A stretch of DNA of 20,000 nucleotides from an uncultured virus (IMG/VR IMGVR_UViG_3300032316_001177) (Duplodnaviria; Heunggongvirae; Uroviricota; Caudoviricetes), in IMG/VR virus record IMGVR_UViG_3300032316_001177. The stretch is one strand, 5' to 3'. The notes beneath the pieces are model-generated. The model made no database searches, was not told the origin of the DNA, and saw nothing but the letters and a program-made list of their open reading frames with translations. The number at the start of each line of letters is the position of its first letter. The stretch's first letter is position 1. Shown piece after piece: positions 5,411-15,592 of the stretch. The position numbers and the translations under genes are program-made.

Positions 5411-7714
5411 ATGCCTGTATCACCACAAGATTTTGCCCTATGGGCATCGGTTACAGGTAATAATTACCCTGAAACTGCAAGTGAACGCATGGCTTTAGCT
5501 CCTCACGTACATAATTTTGTACGTAATTTTGGTAAATCAGGGGCAAATAGGGTTCTAGAACAACCTGGATCAAATGCTATATACAATCAACCGGTTTCTG
5601 CTCAACATTTAAATGCAAACAGTGCTTTCGGTTCTCCTATTACGCCAGATAATAATGTTTCTAAAATCGTAGGTACTTATGATTCAACGCTTACTGGAGA
5701 ACATAATACTAATCAAGACGCAGAACGCATTGAAGATACATCTAAACAATACGATTTAGTACGTAATATTGGTCGTGCCGCCCTTGGTGCTGGACTTGTT
5801 GCAGGTGGAGTTGCTCTTGCTTCTACACCAGAAGGAAGACAAACGGTTCAAAATGCTGCAACAACAGTTAAACAGGGCGCTCAAAATATTAGCAACCGTG
5901 TTTCCAGTTTCTTAGGGGGAATAGGGGCAGACCGTGGTATTGATCCAGATACAATACGTAATTCTGGTGATGTAACTCCTCCAACAACAGCACAACGTTA
6001 TAACCAGGCGGATGTTCCGGTAGCTACACAAGAAATACAAATTGCAAAAAACTCTCCCGTTGGTTCAACAGAACGAGAGCTTTTAAATATCAAACCAGTT
6101 ACAGAAAGTGAGGTAATTACATCTAGCCAAACATTTGCACCAAGCCAGACAGGAGATATTGTTGCACAACATCAAAGAAGAGAAGCAGCAACACGTCTTG
6201 CGAATGTTGCACGCAAATTAAAATCAGGTATGTCGTTTTCTGATATAAAGTACGGTGTAGAAAGCACTGATCCCTCACTGCCAAATTTACCAGGACTTGA
6301 ACAACAAGGTCTATCAGAACGAATCAGATCTTTATCAAGTGTTGAGTTGCCGGAAACAATACCATCAACTACATCACAACAAACTTCATCTCTTAACCCA
6401 TCGTTAACAGATGAAGTAGATTTATTTGTAGCCGGGTTAACAAAAAGTGCGGACCCCTGGACCGGAGAGTACACACCAGCTAGTAAATCTACAGAATCTT
6501 TTAATGCTCCTCTTCAAACAATAAAAGGTAAAGTTCCCGACCCCTGGTATGCACGTGGCCCACGTCCAGTACGTAACGCTTCTCCTGAAGAACTAAACGC
6601 TGCAAACCTTGTTGCTGAAGTTTATGCTAAAACTGGAGAACGGATTACACCGGAAAATGCACAAGCTGCTCTTCGTGGTGGTGAACTATCATCTGCAGTA
6701 CAAAAAGCTTTTACCCCAACAGATTATCTTGCAATCGGTTCTCAAACATTTGATCCTGGTCAAGTTCAAACTGGACGCACAATGCAAGTTGGAACAGGTG
6801 AAATAAGAGGAGCTACTTCAAAAGATTTTCTTGAGCGGTTTACAGAAGAGAACGTAGCCGGTCTAACAAAACAAGGGCGTCAAAGTGCCTCCCGTGCAAC
6901 ACTTGGTGGTGATTACGTACCTGGAGTAAGCCAAGAAACAGCAGACCCTAATGCAGTAATTTCAACCGCTGGCGGTAGAACCATGCGTAATGTAAGCGCA
7001 TTAGATAAAGAAGCTCTTGCTGAAGGAAGAATTGAGTATGCAGGTTTTACTGGACAAACAACTGACGTGAATCCTGAGATAGCAGCAGCTACATATAAAT
7101 CAGCCACTAACCCTCAGAAGGTTCGCATGTTTAATTCTTTACTTAGTCCACAAAGCTCAAGTCAAGTATTGCATTTAAAAACAAAAAGCGGAATAATACC
7201 GATGACTACTAATGAATTTAAAAGACGCACTGGCGCACAAGCACATAAAGTGTTTGCAGATGTTGTACAACAACATGCAGCACACCATGGCATTGAGCTG
7301 CCTAATCCCGATATCATTACAAACTCTGGTCAGGTTATAGAAAATACAAATCCAGCTTTTATTGATGCTGCCAATAAGCTTATAAATACAAGAGGGATAA
7401 GTGAATCAGTATATCCAATGATGGCTGCAAAATTTAATGATGTTCTACAGCAATCAGGCATTAATTTAACTGCAGCCAGGGACCCAGAGTTATCTCATGG
7501 AGCATTGAATACTTTAATGGGCGTTGCACGAAACACTTCTACAGCTCAAATAGGACTTGAAAATTTTGGTAAACTTGCCGGACGTTCACGTTCCAGGGGT
7601 ATTATTAGATCAGACACCAGTCAAATTCCAGTAGCACTCCCAGGCCCTTCAGCTGAATCAGTTTCACAAGCTATGAAAGGACTTGGCTTAGGTACTAAAC
7701 TTAACCCATATTAA
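5411..7714 (+). CDS. Large T/S/Q/A/G-rich protein, probable virion (internal/ejection) protein, 767 aa
   Basis: ATG 5411 (MPVSPQDFALWA) preferred over TTG 5270. Long ORF with one Gly/Ala hydrophobic stretch. Function inferred from context only. Confidence 0.8.
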   Translation: MPVSPQDFALWASVTGNNYPETASERMALAPHVHNFVRNFGKSGANRVLEQPGSNAIYNQPVSAQHLNANSAFGSPITPDNNVSKIVGTYDSTLTGEHNTNQDAERIEDTSKQYDLVRNIGRAALGAGLVAGGVALASTPEGRQTVQNAATTVKQGAQNISNRVSSFLGGIGADRGIDPDTIRNSGDVTPPTTAQRYNQADVPVATQEIQIAKNSPVGSTERELLNIKPVTESEVITSSQTFAPSQTGDIVAQHQRREAATRLANVARKLKSGMSFSDIKYGVESTDPSLPNLPGLEQQGLSERIRSLSSVELPETIPSTTSQQTSSLNPSLTDEVDLFVAGLTKSADPWTGEYTPASKSTESFNAPLQTIKGKVPDPWYARGPRPVRNASPEELNAANLVAEVYAKTGERITPENAQAALRGGELSSAVQKAFTPTDYLAIGSQTFDPGQVQTGRTMQVGTGEIRGATSKDFLERFTEENVAGLTKQGRQSASRATLGGDYVPGVSQETADPNAVISTAGGRTMRNVSALDKEALAEGRIEYAGFTGQTTDVNPEIAAATYKSATNPQKVRMFNSLLSPQSSSQVLHLKTKSGIIPMTTNEFKRRTGAQAHKVFADVVQQHAAHHGIELPNPDIITNSGQVIENTNPAFIDAANKLINTRGISESVYPMMAAKFNDVLQQSGINLTAARDPELSHGALNTLMGVARNTSTAQIGLENFGKLAGRSRSRGIIRSDTSQIPVALPGPSAESVSQAMKGLGLGTKLNPY

Positions 7715-7742
7715 GCTAGAATAAGGGAAAATTAGAACTAAC

Positions 7743-8192
7743 ATGACATTCCTAGAACCGATTCTTATCCCAAGCTGTTTCATTCTGGCTGGCGCTATCG
7801 TTACGTATGCAGTGTCTAAATTTAATAAAATTAAAACCGTTTCTTATCTTCTTAAGTACGGCCCTATAATCAAAAAAACATACGACGTTATAGATCCAAT
7901 TCTAGATAAAAACCTATCTAAGTGGTACGGATCAGATATTGATAAAGCAATAGGACTAACAATAGAAGCAGTTGCTGATGGTGAACTAACAGATAAAGAA
8001 GTTAAGAAACTTTCAATTATTATTGCTGAGCGTTGGTTACCACAAAAAGCTGCCGACAAAGTTCGTCAATATTCCAAATCTTTATATGAAGTACCCCAGA
8101 TCTTAGCAGCCAAACAAATTACTGAAGTGGTAAACGGATTAACCTCTAAAGCATCTGGACTTGATTATGCGCGTAAACTTCTTTTATTTTAG
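7743..8192 (+). CDS. Protein with an N-terminal transmembrane helix (possibly holin-like)
   Basis: Hydrophobic residues about 7-24 followed by a Lys-rich helical region. Function is a guess. Confidence 0.7.
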   Translation: MTFLEPILIPSCFILAGAIVTYAVSKFNKIKTVSYLLKYGPIIKKTYDVIDPILDKNLSKWYGSDIDKAIGLTIEAVADGELTDKEVKKLSIIIAERWLPQKAADKVRQYSKSLYEVPQILAAKQITEVVNGLTSKASGLDYARKLLLF

Positions 8193-8194
8193 TA

Positions 8195-8404
8195 ATGAAT
8201 AAAGATAAAAATTGGATTCAAGGAGCAATTAAACACCCAGGCGCCTTTACAAAAAAAGCTGAAGAACGTGGTATTTCTGTTAAAGAATTAACCGCTAAAG
8301 TAACAGCAAATCCAGATGAATATGACAAGACAACAGTTAAGCAAGCTAACTTGGCAAAAACTTTAAGTAAGTTACGTAAACACAAACAATCTAAAAACAA
8401 ATAA
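8195..8404 (+). CDS. Small basic phage protein
   Basis: WIQGAIKHPGAF...ANLAKTL resembles, from memory, a common uncharacterised small phage family. Confidence 0.85.
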   Translation: MNKDKNWIQGAIKHPGAFTKKAEERGISVKELTAKVTANPDEYDKTTVKQANLAKTLSKLRKHKQSKNK

Positions 8405-8408
8405 TAAA

Positions 8409-8867
8409 ATGCAAGCACCATACAGTCAAGATTATACTGGGCCTGCAGATCAAGCCAGACGAGCAGGTAAATCTCCTGATGTAGGGATTTTAGGCCCTAA
8501 CCCAAAATCTTCATCAGATCCAAATTCATTTAAAAATGATTTTATTGCTAGGTATAAATTAAATCCTGATAGTAAAACTTTTTATTCACAAGGTATTTTT
8601 CCCGGTAAGACTGCAGACTTATCGCAACAAAAATATGATGATGCAGATGGTGCTCCTTATTTTGCTAATCCTGATGATCAAACATTAGCTAATGACTTTG
8701 TATCTAAATATTCAACAGGAATTTCTAGGGGTTTAATTGAAGAAGATCGTGCAATAACTTCTTCTTCTGTAGATCAATTTAGAACTAAAAAACCAATGGA
8801 AGACTTAAGGGATAGTAATGTAGTATCAGGTAAATTCCCAGGTGCAGGGGGAGTAGCAACTACATGA
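8409..8867 (+). CDS. Hypothetical protein, 152 aa
   Basis: ORF track; ATGA overlap with the next gene. Confidence 0.85.
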   Translation: MQAPYSQDYTGPADQARRAGKSPDVGILGPNPKSSSDPNSFKNDFIARYKLNPDSKTFYSQGIFPGKTADLSQQKYDDADGAPYFANPDDQTLANDFVSKYSTGISRGLIEEDRAITSSSVDQFRTKKPMEDLRDSNVVSGKFPGAGGVATT

Positions 8868-9397
8868 ATTACTCAGAACCAATTCGTTTAGCTGGAACAG
8901 CATTACAAAATTTTTTCAGTGACCCAAACACTATTAAAGGAATAGGTAAGCGTGTGCTTGCTGAAACCGCTATTAACACCGCTGCTCAACAAGTTGTACC
9001 ACGTTTAATGGGTAAACGCCCGGAATATAATATTCCTCAATCACTTCTTAACACTGGGGTGCAAGCAGCAATAGCAACGCCGTTAGCTGGGGGAATGCAA
9101 ACACTCGGCGTCCCGGAATGGGCAGCTCAAACCGGTAGTCAGATGGTAGCTTCACCTGCAGCTTATGCAATTACAAATGCAATTATTCCCGAGACACATA
9201 ATCAAGAACATAGTAATTCTCACGAACTAATGCAGATGCAACAAATGCATGCAGAGTTAGAACAACAAAGATATAACAATGAAATTAATTTGGCATTAGC
9301 TAAAAATTATCATGCACCTACTGAAATTGTACATAGAAACCCAAGTGCAGACTTGCAAACTGCTTACAATATCATGACACCTAACGTTTCTTACTAA
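8864..9397 (+). CDS. Probable virion protein, Ala/Gln-rich
   Basis: ORF track; translationally coupled to the upstream gene; carries RLAGT. Confidence 0.85.
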   Translation: MNYSEPIRLAGTALQNFFSDPNTIKGIGKRVLAETAINTAAQQVVPRLMGKRPEYNIPQSLLNTGVQAAIATPLAGGMQTLGVPEWAAQTGSQMVASPAAYAITNAIIPETHNQEHSNSHELMQMQQMHAELEQQRYNNEINLALAKNYHAPTEIVHRNPSADLQTAYNIMTPNVSY

Positions 9398-9401
9398 GGT
9401 A

Positions 9402-10526
9402 ATGAATCTTGATCCTAATAAAAATTATTTAACAAACAGTCTTGCAAATATTCAACAGTTTGTAAACTCTGCTGCTGATGAGTTACGTCATATTGTTTAT
9501 AAAAGTAAATATGGCTATGGATCTGCTGCTGGCCCTGCAGTAAAAAATATAGCTGAATTAAGAACAGCACCAGAAGCTTTTGTAGCTTCTGCAGTTGGTG
9601 ACGTTCTTACAGACCAGTCTCGCAAAGAGATTTGGAAATATACAAATATTCCAAGGATGGCTGGTGAAATTGGAAAAGCAGTTTCATCTGCTGCTGGAAT
9701 GGATCCTGTCACAGGAGCGGTTCTTACAATAGGCGCACCCGCCGTTTTACTTGGACTTAGTGGCCGCACAGGACCTCTTTCTCAGGGTATGCGTCCCAAA
9801 GGATACAAAGCTGTTGCACCTACTTCAAAAGAAAAAGATCCTACAGGTAGAACTCCACAATCAATACCATTAGAAATAGCTTTACGATACGGCTTAGGAC
9901 AAACCAGTCAAATCCTTCCTTATCAAGAATTTAAAAAAGAACGTCAAGATGTAGCACCTTCTACATATACTCAATATCGTCGATACGAACATTCAAAACC
10001 GGAGCCAGGTAAGTTAATTGGTATTGATCCAGAAGGTCAATCTTTTACTACTATTGGAGGATTGGTTCGCGGTAGTGCAAAAGGGTTGAATGATCCTGAA
10101 ATTAGACTTAAAGGAATGCCTGTTACTTTAAGTGGAGCTCTTGGTACAGCAGCCGGACTTGGAGCTGCCTCTGCAGCTTATGCGGCCTTACCAATTAAAA
10201 CAAAATATGCACGTTCTTCTATAGATTTATCTAGATCAGGTCCAACAACAAATCCAATTACGGGACAAGTACAGACTGGCGCTGCACGTACATACTCACC
10301 TTCTTCTCTTACAACAGCCGGGATTGCAGCTATTGGTTTAGGAACCGCTGCTGCAGTTGGAGCAGCAACAAAAAAAGTACTTCAAAAAGCAGCAGAAAAT
10401 AGGATTAAAAAAGATAACCCTGTAGAATATTTAAAGCAAAGGCACGGTTCTCTTGAGCAAGCAAGCAGTGCTCTAGGTTTGCCACAAGCTCAAAGTTGGC
10501 AACAACTTATTCCCTACGTAAAATAA
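9402..10526 (+). CDS. Probable virion/ejection protein with Gly/Ala-rich hydrophobic helices
   Basis: 374 aa with three G/A-rich hydrophobic segments; carries RMAGE. Confidence 0.85.
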   Translation: MNLDPNKNYLTNSLANIQQFVNSAADELRHIVYKSKYGYGSAAGPAVKNIAELRTAPEAFVASAVGDVLTDQSRKEIWKYTNIPRMAGEIGKAVSSAAGMDPVTGAVLTIGAPAVLLGLSGRTGPLSQGMRPKGYKAVAPTSKEKDPTGRTPQSIPLEIALRYGLGQTSQILPYQEFKKERQDVAPSTYTQYRRYEHSKPEPGKLIGIDPEGQSFTTIGGLVRGSAKGLNDPEIRLKGMPVTLSGALGTAAGLGAASAAYAALPIKTKYARSSIDLSRSGPTTNPITGQVQTGAARTYSPSSLTTAGIAAIGLGTAAAVGAATKKVLQKAAENRIKKDNPVEYLKQRHGSLEQASSALGLPQAQSWQQLIPYVK

Positions 10527-10529
10527 ATC

Positions 10530-11078
10530 ATGGCTTACGGTTTTAATTTAGGTACAAGCGGAAGTTTTAACACTGAAAATAATTTAGACCCTAACAAGTC
10601 TTTTTATGGTAATTATAACGATACACGCGGATCTATGAGTCCAAATGATCAGGATGTAATTAATAATTGGACTATTCCTAAGTACGAAAGAAGTGATTAC
10701 GAACAGGAACCTATAGATTGGAATAAATTTGGAGTAGCTGAACCTAAAAAACGTTTTGCTGGGGAAATCTGGGATTCATTGAATAAAGAACAAAACAGAA
10801 ATCGTTACAGTAATCAGTTAAATGAGCCAAGAGGGGCTTACGGTGGCCAACCTTCTACAGGTGGCTCTGGACAAATCTTAGACAACCTCGGTGTTGTTTA
10901 CCCGCAAACACACAGCCCTGTTGTTATACAAGGACAACAAGGTAGCCCAGGAGTTGGTGGTGATATTGGAAAACTAGCTGGCATGGGACTCGGGTTTGTA
11001 CTAGGTGGTCCTGCTGGTGCAGCATTAGGAAGACAAATTGGCGGAGAAGTTGGCAATGTTGCTGGCAGCTTCTTTTGA
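10530..11078 (+). CDS. Protein with a C-terminal glycine zipper
   Basis: GxxxGxxxG run (GDIGKLAGMGLGFVLGGPAGAALGRQIGG); carries RFAGE. Confidence 0.85.
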   Translation: MAYGFNLGTSGSFNTENNLDPNKSFYGNYNDTRGSMSPNDQDVINNWTIPKYERSDYEQEPIDWNKFGVAEPKKRFAGEIWDSLNKEQNRNRYSNQLNEPRGAYGGQPSTGGSGQILDNLGVVYPQTHSPVVIQGQQGSPGVGGDIGKLAGMGLGFVLGGPAGAALGRQIGGEVGNVAGSFF

Positions 11079-11139
11079 TAATATTCTTAATAGTTTAGAA
11101 ATTACCTAATTTAAAATAGTAATCAAAAGGATTTAGATT

Positions 11140-11895
11140 ATGTTGCCACTAATACTCGGTAGCGCCGGACTCGGTGCTCTTGTCGGCGGTGTTCAAGGTT
11201 ATCAAAGAAGTGGCGGTGACTTAGGACGCACACTCGCAAGCGCAGCCACTGGAGGCCTACTAGGTGGTGCTACAGGAGGCTTAGGTGGTCTTGCTGGTGG
11301 CGCAGCAACTCGTTTTGCTGGACAGAAGTTAGGACTTGACACCGCTCTTGGACAATCTTTAATCAATAAAGGAGTATCTCCTGAGTTGTTAGCGCAGGCA
11401 CCCGGCTTTTTAGGTGGCGCAACTAACATTGGCACACAACTTGCTGCAGGTAGTTTACTTGCTCCACTTGCTGGCTCAATCGGACAACTTGGAACACAGG
11501 GTGCCGGTGCTGTTACTGCAGGTGTACGCGGAATGCAACCTGTCCCAGGTATGCCTAATGTTGCAGCATTACCACAAGGACTACAAGATAAAAACCGACC
11601 AATGGATTTATATGACGCTTTTTACGGAACGGGGTTAACTGCAAGAACTGTCGAGGAACTGGCGCAAGATGTTCAAATGAAAGGTTTGCAAAAACAATTT
11701 AATACTATGTATCCTCAACTAAGTCAGGCCAAAAAAGACGAAATGCAACGTCAATTAGCTGCAGCACAAATTCGCCAAAATATTTCTACTGCCGCTAACA
11801 TGATAGAACGTGGTCAACAAACTGCACAAACCATAGGAATCAATGCTGCAAATACACTTGGTAATGCATTGGCTTCTCAATATCAATATCAGTAA
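11140..11895 (+). CDS. Glycine-zipper N-terminus with a Gln/Ala-rich helical C-terminus; DNA-pilot/ejection-like
   Basis: Composition and architecture; carries RFAGQ. Confidence 0.8.
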   Translation: MLPLILGSAGLGALVGGVQGYQRSGGDLGRTLASAATGGLLGGATGGLGGLAGGAATRFAGQKLGLDTALGQSLINKGVSPELLAQAPGFLGGATNIGTQLAAGSLLAPLAGSIGQLGTQGAGAVTAGVRGMQPVPGMPNVAALPQGLQDKNRPMDLYDAFYGTGLTARTVEELAQDVQMKGLQKQFNTMYPQLSQAKKDEMQRQLAAAQIRQNISTAANMIERGQQTAQTIGINAANTLGNALASQYQYQ

Positions 11896-11897
11896 TC

Positions 11898-12527
11898 ATG
11901 GCTAATACACCATTTGATTTTTTAAATACACCTACAAGGTTTGCTTCCTTAGGGTTGAATTTTAAAACCGGGAGACGGGACGATCCGGCTCAGTCATATT
12001 ACACGGGTATTAAATCTTCTGAAGCCGTACCTGGATTTTCAACTGATAAAACAGATTACCAATCTCTTTTGTCAGAGTTTGTTCCGGCAGGTTACCAGGC
12101 GCCAACGTTTGGTTCAGCAACAGGACAACAAGTTAATCCAACGGTTAATGCAGTACCTGACTTATCTCCAGCCCAGATGGCAGCTATTCAATATCAACAA
12201 ATTATGGGTCCTTACAATAGGGCCGAAAGAAACGAGGCAGCAGCTTTTCAAAGTGATTTAACGCAACAGCAGTTAGAAAGAACCTATCCTTTTTTAAGTG
12301 CTGCTGCTAATGAAGCAACACAACGTGCTTTAAGTGCTAGTAAGGAATGGGCTGCTTATAAACAAGGCTTACCTACTACAGCACAGGATATTATGACAGC
12401 CAAACAAAATCAACTTACCAGTGCGGCACAAGCTAAGTACCTTGAGGATTTAGGAATAGCATCACTTAATACATCAGCGAAACAACAAGCAAAACTTGGT
12501 TATACTGGAAAGAGCTTTTCAAGTTAA
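11898..12527 (+). CDS. Probable virion protein with an Ala/Gln-rich helical C-terminus
   Basis: ORF track; tight packing with neighbours. Confidence 0.85.
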   Translation: MANTPFDFLNTPTRFASLGLNFKTGRRDDPAQSYYTGIKSSEAVPGFSTDKTDYQSLLSEFVPAGYQAPTFGSATGQQVNPTVNAVPDLSPAQMAAIQYQQIMGPYNRAERNEAAAFQSDLTQQQLERTYPFLSAAANEATQRALSASKEWAAYKQGLPTTAQDIMTAKQNQLTSAAQAKYLEDLGIASLNTSAKQQAKLGYTGKSFSS

Positions 12528-12572
12528 TTGAACAGCTTTTTATTAAACTAGTTTTTTAATAAAAATTTAATC

Positions 12573-13325
12573 ATGGGATCTTCAAACCAAAAATCAAAAT
12601 CGCCAACAGTTATTTACTCGCCGCCGCCTCCTCCTCCAACAACTACTGATGTACCCTCACAGTCTTATGAGACTCAAGTACGGTTGGATGAGATTGCCAA
12701 TGCACAAGCACGTTCAAATGCAGAGTTTGGTGCAGAAATAGATCGCAGTCAAAACGAATTCTTTACTAATCAAGATATTAGGAGAGATCAGGCCTCTGCT
12801 GGTGAACAGCGGATGACAATAGGAAAGCAGGGTGAAGAAGAACGTGCAACAGTAGGTGCAAAAGGTGAGCAAGAACGTGCAACACAAAAGGAACGTTATG
12901 CCGGTGAGACTAACTTAATAGGTGCTAGAGGAATACAAGAACGTTTAGGCATTGAAACTTCAGGCGCTCAACAACGTCTAGGAATCCAAGAATCAGGAAC
13001 CCAACAACGTTTAGGAATTCAAGAAACTGGTAAAGAAGAACGTTCAACACAAAAGGAACGTTATGCTGGCGAAGAATCACTAACTAAAGTTAGGGGAACA
13101 GAAGAACGTTCTGGAATTAGAGAAACCGGTTCTGAAACACGTGCTACCGTTCAAACCAGCGGCCTGGAACAGCGTTTAGGAATTAAAACTTCAGGAGAAG
13201 AAGAAAGAGAAACAATTGGTAAATCAGCAACGGAACAACGAGCTTCTGATTTACAGAAAGAAATGTATAGGCGTTACGCAGAAAATAGAGATTATGAACA
13301 AGCTCAAAATCAGTATCGAACATGA
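12573..13325 (+). CDS. 11-residue-repeat (hendecad) protein with an N-terminal polyproline
   Basis: 14 in-register 11-aa units, consensus about G-x-E/Q-E/Q-R-x-G/T-I-x-x-S/T. Confidence 0.9.
   Translation: MGSSNQKSKSPTVIYSPPPPPPTTTDVPSQSYETQVRLDEIANAQARSNAEFGAEIDRSQNEFFTNQDIRRDQASAGEQRMTIGKQGEEERATVGAKGEQERATQKERYAGETNLIGARGIQERLGIETSGAQQRLGIQESGTQQRLGIQETGKEERSTQKERYAGEESLTKVRGTEERSGIRETGSETRATVQTSGLEQRLGIKTSGEEERETIGKSATEQRASDLQKEMYRRYAENRDYEQAQNQYRT
12798..13259 (+). repeat. 33-bp coding tandem repeat with a 165-bp higher-order duplication
   Basis: AACACAAAAGGAACGTTATGC at 12881 and 13046. Confidence 0.85.
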
Positions 13326-13807
13326 TTACTTGGATTAAAGAGTTAACAGAAAAGGAAAGAGAATCTTTTCATGCGTTTTGCAAAAAAACGCTATCACCGA
13401 TACAAATGTATCTTTATGCAAGGTTTCTAGGTTTTACTGGAAGCATAGTTGAGTGTAATGAATGGGCGCAAGAAATACATTCAAAGAAAAATTTTAATGC
13501 CATATTAGAAGAAGAAATTGAGTTAATGCAGTTAGACATTTCAAAGTTACGTGATGCAATTGATCTTGGAATGGTTAAACAAGATATGGGAACAGCAAGG
13601 ATTGCTATGTTGCAAAAAGAATTACGCGGCTCGATAAAACAATTAAATGATGAGAAAGTTTTAACAGATAAACAAGGGTTGATTCTTGCCGGTGCAGATC
13701 GCGCCTTACGGGAAATGCTATCAATCTTTCGTGACGACCCTATTGAAGGACCGCTTCAAGAAGCGTCCATGGGGGTATGGACAAAAATATTGGCAGAAGA
13801 ATCTTAA
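13322..13807 (+). CDS. Putative terminase small subunit
   Basis: 161-aa helical/coiled-coil protein immediately upstream of TerL; positional inference. Confidence 0.55.
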   Translation: MITWIKELTEKERESFHAFCKKTLSPIQMYLYARFLGFTGSIVECNEWAQEIHSKKNFNAILEEEIELMQLDISKLRDAIDLGMVKQDMGTARIAMLQKELRGSIKQLNDEKVLTDKQGLILAGADRALREMLSIFRDDPIEGPLQEASMGVWTKILAEES

Positions 13808-13831
13808 AGTTTAGTGCCTTAAGCTGATGGC

Positions 13832-15355
13832 ATGGCAGGCACATCACTTTATTCCGTTTACCGAAGGACCGCACGTGCTGCAGCAAAACAACAGATAGTA
13901 AAAAAAAGTTCCAATATTGACATTGAGCTGGCAAGAAAAGATTTTGCTTATTTTTGCACAGTAGTTGGAGACAAACCACCAGCGACACATCACCTTCTCT
14001 GGCACCAGCACTTATGTACTGGAAATAGCTCAGAATGTTTAATTAATATTGCTGGTCCAAATGTAGATATACTAGGTCCTAGGGGTAGCGCAAAAAGTAC
14101 AATTTTAGGTTTATTTACAGCATGGACAATTGGTGTACATGCTTTAAACAAGAAGCCATTAAAAATTCTTTACATTTCTTATACTGTTGATGTAGCCAGG
14201 CCAAAAAGTGCTGCTATTAAAAGAATCATAGAAGAAAGTAAAACATATAAAGAAGTATTCCCAATGGTAAAAATTGCCAAAGGAATTAATAGTAACGAAT
14301 ACTGGAGTATTGATTGGAAATTTGCCGGTATCAGATCTACCGGTGAAGAAGAATTCACTCTTTGCTGCGCTGGCCTAAAAGGTGCCGTTACATCAAAACG
14401 TAGCCATCTATGTATAATAGATGACCCGATTAAGAGCTCTGACGACATTAAGAACAGAGATATACGAGTAGCAATGGAAGATAACTGGAACTCAGTTATT
14501 ACTCCTACAATGTTTGAAGGTGGGCGTGCAATTTGCCTTGGTACTAGGTTCCGTCATGACGATGTTCATGCCAGTACTTTTACACCTGGTAATGATTGGG
14601 TTCAAATTGTTCAATCCGCAATAACGGTAGATGATCAAGGAGAAGAGGTTTCTTATTGGCCAGAGATGTGGTCACTTGAGTATTTACAAGATCGTCGTCG
14701 TCAGGCTCCTATAAGTTTTAGTTTTCAGTATCAAAACCAAATTGTACAAACAAGTGAACTATCTGTATCTCCAGATTTAATTATTAAGGGTCAAATTTCC
14801 ACTCAGTTTGATGCGTTAGGCATTGGCGTTGATTTGTCTGCTGGAATAAAAGAACGAAATGACTATACTGTTTTTGTTATGGGCGGAAGAGTCGGTGACA
14901 AAATTCATATTATTGATTGCAAACGAATCAGGATTATGGGTAACTTAGAAAAATTAGAAGCATTAATGGAAATGATGTATGAGTGGGGAGTTGTTCACAA
15001 AGATGGGAAAGATTATCATCCGACTGGAAACACTATTGATGTATGGTCTGAAGCTGTAGCTTATCAAGCATCTTTAGAAGCTGATTTCAGAAGAATCTGT
15101 CAAGGTGATCATGGACTTTACAATATTAATTGGCATCCTGTCAAAGGATTTCGCGGAGACAAAGTAGCACGTTTTAGGGGAATCATGGGTTTATTTGAAC
15201 AACGTAAGCTAATCTTTAACAGGTACCGTAAATTTATGGCCTTAACTGATGAGATCGTAAATTTTGGTGTCAGTTCCCACGATGATTGTGTTGATGCTTT
15301 AATTTGGCTTTGTAATGGTTTAATGACCAGAGGAAAACTAGAGCTAGAGTATTGA
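13832..15355 (+). CDS. terL: Terminase large subunit
   Basis: Walker A GPRGSAKST, Walker B LCIIDD, coupling motif LGTR, nuclease motifs GVDLS, DYT and HDDCVDA. Confidence 0.97.
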   Translation: MAGTSLYSVYRRTARAAAKQQIVKKSSNIDIELARKDFAYFCTVVGDKPPATHHLLWHQHLCTGNSSECLINIAGPNVDILGPRGSAKSTILGLFTAWTIGVHALNKKPLKILYISYTVDVARPKSAAIKRIIEESKTYKEVFPMVKIAKGINSNEYWSIDWKFAGIRSTGEEEFTLCCAGLKGAVTSKRSHLCIIDDPIKSSDDIKNRDIRVAMEDNWNSVITPTMFEGGRAICLGTRFRHDDVHASTFTPGNDWVQIVQSAITVDDQGEEVSYWPEMWSLEYLQDRRRQAPISFSFQYQNQIVQTSELSVSPDLIIKGQISTQFDALGIGVDLSAGIKERNDYTVFVMGGRVGDKIHIIDCKRIRIMGNLEKLEALMEMMYEWGVVHKDGKDYHPTGNTIDVWSEAVAYQASLEADFRRICQGDHGLYNINWHPVKGFRGDKVARFRGIMGLFEQRKLIFNRYRKFMALTDEIVNFGVSSHDDCVDALIWLCNGLMTRGKLELEY

Positions 15356-15385
15356 CGCAACTTAAACTTATACAAACACTCAAAA

Positions 15386-15568
15386 ATGTCTACCGGCTAT
15401 TACGTCATCGAGCTTGAACAGGACGCTTACGGCTCCGCCCTGCTCCCACTTCCCGACGAACTTTGTCACGACATGTCCCTCATCCCTGGGGAACAATTTG
15501 ATGTCGAGGTAGAGGACGATGTGATTACATTCAAAAGATTGCATGCTGGTTACAAAATTGAGGCATAA
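15386..15568 (+). CDS. AbrB/MazE-like small DNA-binding protein
   Basis: G...LPLPDEL...M.L.PGE.F.V.VEDD.I.F matches the swapped-hairpin pattern. Confidence 0.7.
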   Translation: MSTGYYVIELEQDAYGSALLPLPDELCHDMSLIPGEQFDVEVEDDVITFKRLHAGYKIEA

Positions 15569-15592
15569 TAGAAAAACAGGTATTTTTCAAAA

